Assembly (NCBI GenBank): GCA_965231085.1
Contig: OZ246413.1
Location: 270,638-334,637 of the forward strand
DNA length: 64,000 nucleotides
From: an uncultured Candidatus Saccharibacteria bacterium
GTDB taxonomy: Bacteria; Patescibacteriota; Saccharimonadia; Saccharimonadales; UBA10212
Direction of reading: 5' to 3'
The position numbers were made by a program, and so were the translations under genes. The notes below the pieces were generated by a model. The model worked only from the letters and a program-made list of their open reading frames with translations, ran no database searches and was not told the origin of the DNA. Of this stretch, positions 46,889 to 56,842 are shown piece by piece; positions within the stretch are counted from its first letter, which is position 1, and every line of letters begins with the position of its first letter.

Positions 46889-47325
46889 TATTTATCTCCA
46901 GTCTTCGTTATTGGATAATTCTTGGGTTGCTGAGGAGCGTGGTTGTGCTCGTTACCTGTGTATACCTTGAGTCTAGCTAACCTAGCATCACGAAGTTTGT
47001 TTACAGGCAACATACCGCGAATAGACTTTGTCAGAGCTTCGGTAGTTGTAATATCACCCAATGTCCTAGTTCTCAGACCTCCAGGAAAACCACTATGGTT
47101 TTGGTATAGCTTCTGGTCTTTTTTATTGCCTGTGAATTTCATATTATCGGTGTTGATAACGATCACGTAATCTCCGCCGTCCATGTGGTCAGTAACGGTT
47201 GGCTTGCCTTTACCGATTAACAGGGAGGCAGCAACCGTGGAAACGCGGCCCATAGAAATATCAGTCGCGTCAATAACGTACCATGCTCGGCTAATTTCGC
47301 TAGGTTTTTGGCTGTATGTCTTCAT
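46888..47325 (-). CDS. rplM: 50S ribosomal protein L13
   Basis: WYVIDATDISMGRVSTVAASLLIGKGKP. Confidence 0.92.
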   Translation of the reverse strand: MKTYSQKPSEISRAWYVIDATDISMGRVSTVAASLLIGKGKPTVTDHMDGGDYVIVINTDNMKFTGNKKDQKLYQNHSGFPGGLRTRTLGDITTTEALTKSIRGMLPVNKLRDARLARLKVYTGNEHNHAPQQPKNYPITKTGDK

Positions 47326-47798
47326 TATTTAGCCTCCTTGGCAGGCTTAGTCACTGGTTTTTTAGCTGATTTTGCAACGGTCTTCTTGGCGGCCGTTTTC
47401 TCGGGCTTAGCCTCAACTTTAGTCTTGGTTTTCGCAGACAGATCATCAACGAAGCTAACAGTAGCTAGTTCGGCATTATCTCCTCGGCGAAACCCAGCTT
47501 TTTTAATCCTAAAGAAGCCGCTACTTCGATCAACTAGTATTGGGGCTATGTCGTTGAATAACTTGTCAGCAGCCTCAATTGTTGAAAGACTACTGATTAT
47601 TTGGCGACGATTGTGCAGCCCGCCTTTTTTAGCCTTTGTCACAAGCTTCTCGGTATACGATACAACTTCCTTAGCCTTAGGTAGAGTGGTTTCGATTGAT
47701 TCATTCAAGATCAAGGATTCAGCTAAACCTTTAAGAAGGGCTCGACGTTGATCGCGCTCTCTGCCAAACTTCCTTCCTTGATATCCGTGACGGTGCAT
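47325..47798 (-). CDS. rplQ: 50S ribosomal protein L17 with a Lys/Ala-rich C-terminal tail
   Basis: MHRHGYQGRKFGRERDQRRALLKGLA, followed by a KTKVEAKPEKTAAKK tail. Confidence 0.9.
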   Translation of the reverse strand: MHRHGYQGRKFGRERDQRRALLKGLAESLILNESIETTLPKAKEVVSYTEKLVTKAKKGGLHNRRQIISSLSTIEAADKLFNDIAPILVDRSSGFFRIKKAGFRRGDNAELATVSFVDDLSAKTKTKVEAKPEKTAAKKTVAKSAKKPVTKPAKEAK

Positions 47799-47819
47799 TT
47801 ATTTATCCTTAATCTTTCC

Positions 47820-48767
47820 TTAAAGCTCTAGCTCAGCTATTTTATCTTTTACTTCGTCGAGGGCTTTATTGCCAAAACCTTTAAGGTCGCGTAGTTCGGC
47901 CTCTGACAAGCTCAAGAGGTCTTTGATGGTGTGAATGTCGTTATTTACCAATGCATTAGTTGTTCTAGCACTTAGGTTTAAGTCCTCTATAGAGGTCATT
48001 AGCTCAGCCGGTTCGTCACTGTCTGGACCCTCAGCTTCAATAACACTGTTAGCAGTAAGTGGCGCTCCAGCTTCAACAGTTGTTTGGCCAGCGAGTGCAG
48101 TGTACTGGTTTACCAGTATAGCTGCCGCTTCTTCAAAAGCTTCTCTTGGTGAAATAGAACCGTCGGTATCAACGGTTAGGAGTAGCTTGTCTAGGTTGGT
48201 CATTTGGCCAACACGCGTGTTCTCAACCTTGTATCGAACACGTATCACAGGGGTAAACAAAGCGTCCATAACAATTAGATCGCTGGCTTTTCGGCCACTT
48301 CCAGTCTCGTCTAGGGGGCGGTAACCGCGACCTGTTTCAACAACAAGCTCGATGGTAAGACTGGTTTTGTCATCATCGACTGTGCAAATCAGATGATCAG
48401 GGTTGACTAGTTCGACATCAGCATTAAGAGTTATGTCCTTACCCTTAACAACTCCCTTCCCTTTTTTGGTTAGGGTTATTGTCTGTGGTTCGTCGCTATA
48501 CACCTTAAAGCGCAGACCCTTAAGATTGAGCATGATAGCTACAACGTCTTCTTTTACCCCTTTTACGGTGGTGAATTCGTGTGTCACTCCGCTAATCCTA
48601 AAGCCTGTTACAGCTGCCCCAGCTACGCTGGACAAAAGGACTCGTCTTAGGCTGTTGCCTAGAGTCATCCCATAGCCTGGATGTAGGGGTTCAATAACAA
48701 AGGTAGCGCTTGTGGCCCCGTGGTCATTGATACTGGCTAGTGTTGGTGTGTGAATTAGTTTGCTCAT
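47820..48767 (-). CDS. rpoA: DNA-directed RNA polymerase alpha subunit
   Basis: GYGMTLGNSLRRVLLSS and a C-terminal domain LNLSARTTNALVNNDIHTIKDL. Confidence 0.92.
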   Translation of the reverse strand: MSKLIHTPTLASINDHGATSATFVIEPLHPGYGMTLGNSLRRVLLSSVAGAAVTGFRISGVTHEFTTVKGVKEDVVAIMLNLKGLRFKVYSDEPQTITLTKKGKGVVKGKDITLNADVELVNPDHLICTVDDDKTSLTIELVVETGRGYRPLDETGSGRKASDLIVMDALFTPVIRVRYKVENTRVGQMTNLDKLLLTVDTDGSISPREAFEEAAAILVNQYTALAGQTTVEAGAPLTANSVIEAEGPDSDEPAELMTSIEDLNLSARTTNALVNNDIHTIKDLLSLSEAELRDLKGFGNKALDEVKDKIAELEL

Positions 48768-48786
48768 ATTGATTTACCCGCCTCCT

Positions 48787-49404
48787 TTAGCGTGAATAAT
48801 ATTCTACGATTAATTGCTCTTTGATATCTGGTTCAGCATCTTCGCGAGTCGGTACGGCGCTCACTGTGATGGTTAGCTTCTTGCGATCAACTTTTAGCCA
48901 AGCCGGTATTACACTTGGTGCTGGACTAACATCGTCAATTCGCTTGAAATAATCAGTGTTTTTGCTGTGGTCTCGTATAACTATAACGTCACCGACCTTA
49001 ACCCGAACTGAGGGGATGTCTACACGCCGGCCATTAAGTGTAAAATGCCCGTGAGTTACAAGCTGTCGCGCTGCTCTTCGGCTAACAGCCAGCCCTGAGC
49101 GATAGACAACGTTATCTAGGCGTCTTTCTAAGAACTCCAGAAGAGTTGAGCCTGATTGACCACGAGTTCTTGATGCTTCAGACATAAGTTTGGTAAACTG
49201 ACGCTCTAAAAGCCCATAAAGGCGCTTAACCTTCTGTTTCTCGCGTAACTGAACAGAATATTGACTAGCTTTTCGGTTACTGTATCCAGTGTTTTGCTGC
49301 CCTGGTAGTGCTGTGCGCTTGACTAGTGCCTTATGAGCCTTCGGGTGAAGCGCGTAGCCTTCGCGACGTGACTGCTTAACAATTGAACTAACGTTTCGTG
49401 CCAT
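48787..49404 (-). CDS. rpsD: 30S ribosomal protein S4
   Basis: RLDNVVYRSGLAVSRRAARQLVTHGHFTLNGRRVDIPS (S4 domain). Confidence 0.92.
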   Translation of the reverse strand: MARNVSSIVKQSRREGYALHPKAHKALVKRTALPGQQNTGYSNRKASQYSVQLREKQKVKRLYGLLERQFTKLMSEASRTRGQSGSTLLEFLERRLDNVVYRSGLAVSRRAARQLVTHGHFTLNGRRVDIPSVRVKVGDVIVIRDHSKNTDYFKRIDDVSPAPSVIPAWLKVDRKKLTITVSAVPTREDAEPDIKEQLIVEYYSR

Positions 49405-49406
49405 AA

Positions 49407-49865
49407 TTAATTCCTCTTAGGCTTTCTAGGTCGTACTCCACCGTGGGGAATGCCAGTTATATCTCTGACGCTCTCTACCTGTATCTTCTGACTAATAAGC
49501 GAGCGGACTGCAGCCTCTCGGCCTAGACCGATACCTTTAACGAAAACATCTGCCTTTGAAATACCGTAATTTTGCTTAGCATCAGATACAGCTTTCTCGG
49601 CAGCAATTTGGGCAGCATAAGCTGTACCCTTCTTGGAACCTCTAAAGCCCGAGGCACCAGCGCTACCTGTGGTTAGGGTATTACCCTTGTCGTCAGATAC
49701 AGTAATAATCGTGTTGTTAAATGTTGCTAGCACATGAATATGAGCATGCGACACGGCGCGCTTAGCCTTTTTACGTTTGACTACTGGCGCTGGTGCTGTA
49801 GTAGGTTCTGCAGCAGCTGTAGTCACTTCTTCTTTGATAACTTCCTTGTTTGGTTCTTCAGTCAT
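49407..49865 (-). CDS. rpsK: 30S ribosomal protein S11 with an N-terminal extension
   Basis: HAHIHVLATFNNTIITVSDDKGNTL...GSRKGTAYAA. Confidence 0.92.
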   Translation of the reverse strand: MTEEPNKEVIKEEVTTAAAEPTTAPAPVVKRKKAKRAVSHAHIHVLATFNNTIITVSDDKGNTLTTGSAGASGFRGSKKGTAYAAQIAAEKAVSDAKQNYGISKADVFVKGIGLGREAAVRSLISQKIQVESVRDITGIPHGGVRPRKPKRN

Positions 49866-49875
49866 AATTTATACC

Positions 49876-50262
49876 TTAAGTCTTAGAGACTGCCTTCTTA
49901 GCAGTGCCACCAACAGTAACCTTCTTTCCTCGGCGAGTTCGGGCATTGGTTCTGGTTCGTTGGCCACGAGTTGGTAAATTATTCTTGTGGCGCATACCAC
50001 GGTATGAATTGATCTCACGTAGTCTCTTAATATTTCCTGTTACTACTCTCTGCAATTCACCTTCAATGGTGTAATTGGCTGTAATAAAATCCTGGATACG
50101 GGATAATTCAGCGTCTGTTAGGTCTTTTACTCTAACCGTTGGCTCAACTTTGGCTGCCTTTAAGGTATCTTGGCTAAACTTTGGACCTATGCCATATATA
50201 TAGGTAAGAGCAATCTGAACTTGCTTATTATCTGGAATAGTTACGCCCGATAATCGTGCCAT
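49876..50262 (-). CDS. rpsM: 30S ribosomal protein S13
   Basis: MARLSGVTIPDNKQVQIALTYIYGIG. Confidence 0.92.
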   Translation of the reverse strand: MARLSGVTIPDNKQVQIALTYIYGIGPKFSQDTLKAAKVEPTVRVKDLTDAELSRIQDFITANYTIEGELQRVVTGNIKRLREINSYRGMRHKNNLPTRGQRTRTNARTRRGKKVTVGGTAKKAVSKT

Positions 50263-50266
50263 ATAG

Positions 50267-50383
50267 TTAACCCTGCCTCTGCTTATGCTTTGGCTTTAGC
50301 TTATTAATAATATATACGCGGCCTTTACGGCGTACAACTATATCATCTGGACTTATTTTCTTTACGCTAGCACGCACTTTCAT
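50267..50383 (-). CDS. rpmJ: 50S ribosomal protein L36
   Basis: Below the ORF-track cutoff. Hand translation: [38 protein letters not shown]. Confidence 0.88.
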   Translation of the reverse strand: MKVRASVKKISPDDIVVRRKGRVYIINKLKPKHKQRQG

Positions 50384-50426
50384 GCGGATCATCTCTCCTT
50401 ATATGTGTTGATGACACACTGCTTAA

Positions 50427-50648
50427 TTAATTTTCGCGGTAAGTTATCCGACCCTTTGTAAGATCATAAGGTGTCAATTCTACCTTAACGCGGTCCCCTG
50501 GCACAAGCCGAATGTAATGCTTCCGCATTCTGCCGGCGACGTGAGCTATTATTCTATGGCCATTTTCGAGTTCTACGACAAACTGGGTGCCTGGTAGAGC
50601 TTCTACCACCACTCCAGCCAGCTCGATTACCTCTTTATCTTTAGCCAT
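50427..50648 (-). CDS. infA: Translation initiation factor IF-1
   Basis: [43 protein letters not shown]. Confidence 0.92.
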   Translation of the reverse strand: MAKDKEVIELAGVVVEALPGTQFVVELENGHRIIAHVAGRMRKHYIRLVPGDRVKVELTPYDLTKGRITYREN

Positions 50649-50728
50649 AAAATATAACTAGGAAAGTATATCAGATAGCCTAAGGTGTTGTAAAGGGTAT
50701 TTATCGCCAGACAATAACTGTCAGTTTA

Positions 50729-52255
50729 TTAGCGACGAAGTTTGGGTAATTTTGGACGATATTTTAGTATTCGAGCGCCCATTCCTGCAATCGCTGGTGG
50801 ATTATCAGACTCATAAAAGTAGTCTGGTTGTTCATACTGGTCATAGGTTATCATCATAGCTCTAGATTCAACTTGGCGGAGTGTCTCAAGCGACACGGAA
50901 ACAAGGATAAGGATGCTGGTTCCGCCAATAGCAATATTCTGACTAAGTTTAACCTGAGCCAAAATTGGTAGAACTGCTAAAAATCCAAGGGCTATGGCGC
51001 CAAATAAGGTTAGGCGGTTGACCACTTTTGATAAGTATTTTTCAGTTTGCTTACCAGACCTAATGTCGGCAATAAAGCCACCCTGTTTCTGAAGATTCTC
51101 GGCTATTTCCTTGGAGTTAAAGGTAACACTGGTATAAAAATAGGTAAAAATAAACACCAGACTAAAGTAGGTTATTGGGTAAACCCACGGATGCCAGCCT
51201 CCAGCCGCAAATGTAGCGGCACTAGGACTTTGAAATAGTTGAGACAAGCTAACTCCAATGTGCTCCCATTGCGTATGAGCCACAATAGCCGCACCCTTAC
51301 CATGGGTGAGTAATTGGCCTATAAAGCTTGGTACCGACAGGAAGGCTACAGCAAAAATGATCGGAATGACACCAGCTGTAATAAGCTTCACGGGCAAGGT
51401 TGTGGTTACGCCGCCGTAGGTTCTGTTACCTTGGACACGTTTAGCGTAATTTACCGTCAATTTTCTGGAGGCTTCGTTCAGTTTAACAACTGCCCAGGTT
51501 ACAAAAATCACCGAGAATAGAACAATGCCGAATATCATAAGTCCATGCTTAGAGAAATCGCGGTGTAGCCAATGAAGTTTGTCGGATACTTTCATAGAAT
51601 TAGTCCAGTATGATCCATTCCAAAGCTCGGTAGCCAGGCTTGGTAATCGACTAACTATTCCAACTGTAATGAGCAAAGATATGCCATTGCCTACAGATCT
51701 CTCGGTAATCAGCTCGCCTAACCACATTAGTATCATCGAGCCGCCCACAAGAGCCGAGATCATCAGTAGCCACTGAGCAGATGTAGTATTGGCTGTAATA
51801 TCTCCTAGGCCTCCAATACTCTGGGCCTGTTGTCTAATGAGATAGATCATGCCTACAGATTGAACGATTGCCAGCGGAAAAGTAAGCATTCTGGTGTACT
51901 GATTTATTTTTTTGCGTCCAAATTCACCCTCTTTATTAAGGGCCTCGAGCTTTGGTATGGCCTTGGTTAAAAGCTGCATTATGATACTGGCGTTAATGTA
52001 GGCCCCTAAGCCAACCAACATTATCGAAAAGTTAGCCAGCGCTCCACCTGAAAGTACATTTAAGAACCCTAGCAGCTGATTGGAATTAGATTGTTCAAAT
52101 AGATTTTGGAGAACCTGCTTTAGGGTGTGCGGGTCAGCCAGTGGTACCGGGATGTGGGCCAGTATTCTAAATACTAGAAGCATTCCAAGGACAGCCAAGA
52201 TACGCTTGCGCATCTCGCCATGGCTAATAGATTTTAGTATTATTCCCCAGTTCAT
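50729..52255 (-). CDS. secY: Preprotein translocase subunit SecY
   Basis: Ten-TM layout, LGIMPYI-like region and position after rplO. Confidence 0.9.
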   Translation of the reverse strand: MNWGIILKSISHGEMRKRILAVLGMLLVFRILAHIPVPLADPHTLKQVLQNLFEQSNSNQLLGFLNVLSGGALANFSIMLVGLGAYINASIIMQLLTKAIPKLEALNKEGEFGRKKINQYTRMLTFPLAIVQSVGMIYLIRQQAQSIGGLGDITANTTSAQWLLMISALVGGSMILMWLGELITERSVGNGISLLITVGIVSRLPSLATELWNGSYWTNSMKVSDKLHWLHRDFSKHGLMIFGIVLFSVIFVTWAVVKLNEASRKLTVNYAKRVQGNRTYGGVTTTLPVKLITAGVIPIIFAVAFLSVPSFIGQLLTHGKGAAIVAHTQWEHIGVSLSQLFQSPSAATFAAGGWHPWVYPITYFSLVFIFTYFYTSVTFNSKEIAENLQKQGGFIADIRSGKQTEKYLSKVVNRLTLFGAIALGFLAVLPILAQVKLSQNIAIGGTSILILVSVSLETLRQVESRAMMITYDQYEQPDYFYESDNPPAIAGMGARILKYRPKLPKLRR

Positions 52256-52269
52256 ACGGCTACCGCCTT

Positions 52270-52329
52270 ATGAGACACCCTTTCAGGGTTTCTCATCGCG
52301 CCGGGCGCGGAATGAATCCGACGCTCGGA
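52270..52329 (-). promoter_or_regulatory. Three consecutive GC-rich hairpins in the secY 5' leader
   Basis: Hairpins 52270-52296 (atgaga..ccc/ggg..tctcat), 52297-52309 (cgcgcc/ggcgcg) and 52317-52329 (tccga/tcgga). They lie in a 162-nt rplO-secY gap. Confidence 0.3.
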
Positions 52330-52417
52330 CTGCTCTTCCCAATATATAAACCTCAACATCTTGAAGTTATTATACAGGAAGTAGCTGACTATAGATGTTG
52401 TCAGCTAGATAACAAAT

Positions 52418-52882
52418 TTATTTGTCTTTTTTTGAAGAAACTCGGGCAAGTCTGTCAGTTTGTTCAAATTTGCCACCAGCAGCTTCTAGGCTCTTTATAG
52501 CAGACTTACTGGCTCTAAATAATTTAACAGTCTTTTTGGATTTCATTGAGTCACTTCCAATAAGTTTGACCGCGACATGTGCGTTAGAGATCAGTCCAGC
52601 CTCAGCAAGTACACCGGTGTCAACAATAGCTGGCTTAATGGCATCGATCTGTGATACAGATACAGTCTCAACCACGTCTCGTTTACTCTTAAAGCCACGA
52701 AGCTTAGGCAGCCTCATATAGATTGGCATCTGGCCGCCCTCAAAGCCAGCTTTGGTTGAGCTCTTTCGGGCACCTTGGCCTTTAGTTCCTCGGCCGGCTG
52801 TTTTACCACCGCCAGCGCTAATACCACGACCAACGCGTTTTGGTGCAGTTTGTCTTGGTGCAGTTAGTTCATTAAATTTCAT
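52418..52882 (-). CDS. rplO: 50S ribosomal protein L15
   Basis: RVGRGISAGGGKTAGRGTKGQGAR. Confidence 0.92.
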   Translation of the reverse strand: MKFNELTAPRQTAPKRVGRGISAGGGKTAGRGTKGQGARKSSTKAGFEGGQMPIYMRLPKLRGFKSKRDVVETVSVSQIDAIKPAIVDTGVLAEAGLISNAHVAVKLIGSDSMKSKKTVKLFRASKSAIKSLEAAGGKFEQTDRLARVSSKKDK

Positions 52883-53439
52883 TATTTTGTCTCCTGAACT
52901 TTCTTGGCTGGTTTTGTAGTTCGTTTATTGAACTGAGTGGTAATCCATTTGTCAGATGTCTGCATTTTAGACAATGCCTCAATCGCAGCGTAGGCGGTAT
53001 TGATTCTATTTGATGAACCATGTGATTTAGACAGTGCGTTTTCGATACCTGAAACCTCAAGTACGGTACGGACCACTCCCCCGGCAATCAAACCGGTTCC
53101 TGGTGCGGCCGGCTTTATGAGTATCTTGGCGCCGGCAAATTTGGCATCAACCTCGTGAGTTAACGTACCTTTATAGATAGGTATCTTAACTACATGCTTC
53201 TTAGCTACCTCGGTTGCCTTAGTTACTGCCGTTGATACATCTGCTCCCTTAGCTATACCTAGTCCGACCTTGCCTTTGTGATCGCCTAGAACTACTAATG
53301 CCTGGAAACGGAAGCGGCGTCCACCGCTTACTACACGTGCCACACGGTTAACAAATACGACTCGCTCGTCGTACATTTTTTCCTCTACGGGTCTTGGGGC
53401 TCGGTTGTCTCGAGGTTTTCGTTTATTATCTGGGTTCAT
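52882..53439 (-). CDS. rpsE: 30S ribosomal protein S5
   Basis: VVFVNRVARVVSGGRRFRFQALVVLGDHKGKVGLGIAKG. Confidence 0.92.
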   Translation of the reverse strand: MNPDNKRKPRDNRAPRPVEEKMYDERVVFVNRVARVVSGGRRFRFQALVVLGDHKGKVGLGIAKGADVSTAVTKATEVAKKHVVKIPIYKGTLTHEVDAKFAGAKILIKPAAPGTGLIAGGVVRTVLEVSGIENALSKSHGSSNRINTAYAAIEALSKMQTSDKWITTQFNKRTTKPAKKVQETK

Positions 53440-53442
53440 ATC

Positions 53443-53796
53443 TTAAAACTCCAATCCGTTTTCTCGAGCTGCATCAGCTAGAGCTTTTATGCGACCGTGG
53501 TATTTTCTGAATGAACGATCAAAAGTAACTTTTGTAACTTTAGCTTTCTTAGCCCTAGCAGCGATGTCCTTACCTACCCAGACAGCATTCTCAGTCATGG
53601 TTCCGGTTAGTTTTTGGCCAATCGTTGTAGAGTAGGCGAGAGTTTTGCTGGACGTGTCATCGATAATCTGAGCTGTAATATGCATATTGCTGATGTGCAC
53701 TGCTAGGCGTGGACGTTCGCTTGAGCCACTAACAACAGCTCTCACTCGGTTAGAGCGGCGATCCTGATTATTCTGTTTGCGAATTAGGTTATTCAT
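53443..53796 (-). CDS. rplR: 50S ribosomal protein L18
   Basis: RPRLAVHISNMHITAQIIDD...FDRSFRKYHGRIKALADAARENGLEF. Confidence 0.92.
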   Translation of the reverse strand: MNNLIRKQNNQDRRSNRVRAVVSGSSERPRLAVHISNMHITAQIIDDTSSKTLAYSTTIGQKLTGTMTENAVWVGKDIAARAKKAKVTKVTFDRSFRKYHGRIKALADAARENGLEF

Positions 53797-53799
53797 ATT

Positions 53800-54336
53800 C
53801 TATTCTTTACCACTCTTACCTGATTTGCGAATGATACGTTCGTCTGAGTATTTTATTCCTTTACCCTTGTACGGCTCTGGTTTTTTCAATGATCTGATCT
53901 CGGCAGCAACTTGACCCACCTGCTGTTTATTTATGCCGCTAACTGTAATTACGTTCTGATCAATAGCTGCTGTAACACCTGCTGGCATTTTGTAAATTAC
54001 ATCGTGGGAGAACCCAAGATTAAACTTAAGATCAGTACCCTGAGCAGCAACTCGATAGCCAACCCCGTTGATCTCTAGTTTCTTTTCAAAACCTTTACTA
54101 ACGCCAGTTATCATGTTGGCTACTAGCGTTCGCATAAGACCGTGAAAGGCTCTGGTCTTGGCCTCCTCGTTTTCTCGCTTCACTAGCACCTGCTGGTCCT
54201 CTTGCACAACCTTAATACCAGGGACATTGAACTGCTTTAACGTGCCCTTACTACCGTTTACGGTAATAAAATCATCGTCGACAGTGATTGTCACACCGGA
54301 TGGTAGGCTAATCGGTAGTTTTCCTATACGACTCAT
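53800..54336 (-). CDS. rplF: 50S ribosomal protein L6
   Basis: MSRIGKLPISLPSGVTITV. Confidence 0.92.
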   Translation of the reverse strand: MSRIGKLPISLPSGVTITVDDDFITVNGSKGTLKQFNVPGIKVVQEDQQVLVKRENEEAKTRAFHGLMRTLVANMITGVSKGFEKKLEINGVGYRVAAQGTDLKFNLGFSHDVIYKMPAGVTAAIDQNVITVSGINKQQVGQVAAEIRSLKKPEPYKGKGIKYSDERIIRKSGKSGKE

Positions 54337-54345
54337 ATTATCTCC

Positions 54346-54756
54346 TTAATAAACTTGGCAAATTAATTCGCCGCCAACCTTCTTGGCTTTAGCTTCTGTG
54401 CCTGTCATAACCCCACGGCTAGTGGACACAACAACAATTCCACGGCCTCGTTTTACCGCTGGAATCTCGTCAGCCTTTACGTAAACTCTACGTCCTGGAC
54501 GACTTAATCTCTTAATTTCGGTAATTTTGGCTGGTTCGTTGTCGGCGTTGATTACGATTTCAAGATTTTTTCGTGGACCGTCGGCAACGGCTTTAACACT
54601 TGCAATATAACCGTAATCGGCCAATATCTTCGCCACAGTTTCCTTGTTATTGGAATGCGGCATAGTAACAACTGACTTGTTTACAGCAATCGCATTACGA
54701 ATGCGCGTAAACATATCTGATATTGGGTCGGTTGAAATTATTACAGTTTGTTTCAT
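54346..54756 (-). CDS. rpsH: 30S ribosomal protein S8
   Basis: DPISDMFTRIRNA. The ATG at 54754-54756 is preferred over the TTG at 54768 used by the track. Confidence 0.9.
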   Translation of the reverse strand: MKQTVIISTDPISDMFTRIRNAIAVNKSVVTMPHSNNKETVAKILADYGYIASVKAVADGPRKNLEIVINADNEPAKITEIKRLSRPGRRVYVKADEIPAVKRGRGIVVVSTSRGVMTGTEAKAKKVGGELICQVY

Positions 54757-54761
54757 ATCTA

Positions 54762-55031
54762 TTACCAACTCGCCTTCGTTACGCCCGGTATCTCGCCCTT
54801 ACTGGCGTGATCTCTGAAAGCGATTCTTGATAGTCCGAACTGGCGCATGTATGCTCGTGGACGACCAGTTTCGCTACACCGGTTGGTCTTTCTAGTTGGG
54901 CTAGAGTTGCGTGGTAGCATCGCTAGACCCTCTAGATCGCCGGCAGCTTTAAGCTCCGCTCGTTTAGCGGCATACTTTGCAATCATCTTTTCTCGCTTTA
55001 GATCACGAGCTAGAATGGATTTTTTAGCCAT
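54762..55031 (-). CDS. rpsN: 30S ribosomal protein S14 (long form)
   Basis: [24 protein letters not shown] and the C-terminal [21 protein letters not shown]. Confidence 0.92.
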   Translation of the reverse strand: MAKKSILARDLKREKMIAKYAAKRAELKAAGDLEGLAMLPRNSSPTRKTNRCSETGRPRAYMRQFGLSRIAFRDHASKGEIPGVTKASW

Positions 55032-55615
55032 TACTTATTCTCCTTCTCGAAAGGCATTCCGAATTTAATTAATAGTGCTTTTGCATGTTCTGGTTTCTGG
55101 GAGCGGATAGTAAAGATAACCTGTAGGCCGTGAGCCGTAGCAGTATCTTCGTAGGTTAGCTCTGGAAAGACCGATTGATCAGTTAGGCCGATACTGTAAT
55201 TGCCCTGGCGATCAAAGGCCTTGTTACTGACGCCGTGAAAGTCGCGCAGTCGCGGCAATACTAAGTTTATGAAACGATCAGCAAATTCGTACATTTGTTC
55301 ACCACGAAGAGTAACCTTGACGCCAATTTTGTTACCTTCACGAAGCTTAAAGCTTGCGATTGATTTCTTTGAAATCGTCTCGACAGGTTTGCGCCCGGTT
55401 ATTTTAGTTAAGGTATTGGCAGCAACCTCTAGAAGTCGCTTCTCGTCTTTGGCTCGTCCTAGTCCAACGTTGAGAGTAATTTTTTCTAGTCGCGGTGCCT
55501 CATTGATATTGGATAGTCCTAGCTCCTCTTTAAGAGCTGGGGCAATTTCATTCTGGTAGGCAGTTTTTAGCCGTGCGACAATCATGGTTTTTTGGGCATT
55601 AGCTGGAGCGCTCAT
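55031..55615 (-). CDS. rplE: 50S ribosomal protein L5
   Basis: [14 protein letters not shown]...[21 protein letters not shown]. Confidence 0.92.
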   Translation of the reverse strand: MSAPANAQKTMIVARLKTAYQNEIAPALKEELGLSNINEAPRLEKITLNVGLGRAKDEKRLLEVAANTLTKITGRKPVETISKKSIASFKLREGNKIGVKVTLRGEQMYEFADRFINLVLPRLRDFHGVSNKAFDRQGNYSIGLTDQSVFPELTYEDTATAHGLQVIFTIRSQKPEHAKALLIKFGMPFEKENK

Positions 55616-55947
55616 TACTTAATCTCCTTACCGCTTGATTTTGCGACGCGCGATTTGGTACCGTCTTTAGCTATTTTATAGCCAATTCTAGTGGCCTTTT
55701 TGGCTACAGAATCATACAGACCAACCTTACTGACCCAAATTGGTTTAGTAAGTTCAGTTATTCCACCTTGTGGATGCTCGCGAGTAGGCTTCATGTGTTT
55801 TTTAACAATATTAATTCCCTCAACTGTGACCTTGTTTAGTTGTGGGTGAGTAGCTATAACCTTACCAGTCTGGCCCTTGTATTTGCCGGCGCGAACAACA
55901 ACTGTATCGCCCTTTTTCAGTCTAATTTTATATACAGGCTGATTCAT
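55615..55947 (-). CDS. rplX: 50S ribosomal protein L24
   Basis: KKGDTVVVRAGKYKGQTGKV (KOW). Confidence 0.92.
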   Translation of the reverse strand: MNQPVYKIRLKKGDTVVVRAGKYKGQTGKVIATHPQLNKVTVEGINIVKKHMKPTREHPQGGITELTKPIWVSKVGLYDSVAKKATRIGYKIAKDGTKSRVAKSSGKEIK

Positions 55948-56318
55948 TATAGAACCTCCGGAGCTAATGAAATTATTCGACTATATCCCTTATCACGAAG
56001 TTCGCGGGGAACTGGCCCGAAAATACGGGTACCGCGAGGAGTTTTGCCATCCTCGGCCAGCAACACAGCCGCATTGTCATCAAATCTGATACTAGAGCCG
56101 TCCTTGCGCAAAATCGGGCTACTAGTCCTAACAACGACAGCTCTGACTACACTTTTTCGCTTAACAGCTCCTGTTGGATTTGCTGTCTTTACACTGGCAA
56201 CAATAACATCACCAACACGAGCATAACGTCGGCCAGAGCCGCCCAATACTCTAATGCAAAGTAGGCTCTTTGCGCCGCTGTTATCTGCAGCCAGTAGCAT
56301 TGATTCTTGCTGAATCAT
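55947..56318 (-). CDS. rplN: 50S ribosomal protein L14
   Basis: [27 protein letters not shown]. Confidence 0.92.
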   Translation of the reverse strand: MIQQESMLLAADNSGAKSLLCIRVLGGSGRRYARVGDVIVASVKTANPTGAVKRKSVVRAVVVRTSSPILRKDGSSIRFDDNAAVLLAEDGKTPRGTRIFGPVPRELRDKGYSRIISLAPEVL

Positions 56319-56641
56319 TACTTGCTCTCCTTATCATCAACGTCTTTTGCAACAACCTCTTCAGGAATATCAGCAACAGCATCAGTCTCTTCAAACCTAG
56401 CACCCGCCTTATTAACAACCTTGCTTAGCTTAAAGCGCTTTCTTGCGCTTATGGGTCTGGTTTCAGTAATGATTACTAGATCTCCAAGTTTGGCTTCGTT
56501 GTTTTCATCATGAGCCATAAACTTAGTATTAACAGTGTACTGTTTCTTATACAAAGGATGGGTTTTGCGCTCGGTAACAGTGACAACGATAGTCTTATCG
56601 GACTTATCGCTAGTAACTGTACCTGTTAGTGATTTAGCCAT
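56318..56641 (-). CDS. rpsQ: 30S ribosomal protein S17
   Basis: [29 protein letters not shown]. Confidence 0.9.
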   Translation of the reverse strand: MAKSLTGTVTSDKSDKTIVVTVTERKTHPLYKKQYTVNTKFMAHDENNEAKLGDLVIITETRPISARKRFKLSKVVNKAGARFEETDAVADIPEEVVAKDVDDKESK

Positions 56642-56841
56642 TAGATGCTCTCCTTCTGTAGTTGTTCAGCTAGAACTGTTAATACGCGGGCTAGGTCCTT
56701 GCGCTTATTTCTAATTACTCTGGTATTTTGAACCTCGCCACTGTAAAGACGTCGGCGCAGCTCTGCAATTTCCTCTCGCAGATCGGTGCTTCTCTTTGCA
56801 AGCTCATCGGTTTTGAGTTTACGGATTTCAGCAATTTTCAT
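56641..56841 (-). CDS. rpmC: 50S ribosomal protein L29
   Basis: MKIAEIRKLKTDELAKRSTDLREEIAELRR. ATG at 56839-56841. Confidence 0.88.
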   Translation of the reverse strand: MKIAEIRKLKTDELAKRSTDLREEIAELRRRLYSGEVQNTRVIRNKRKDLARVLTVLAEQLQKESI

Positions 56842-56842
56842 C

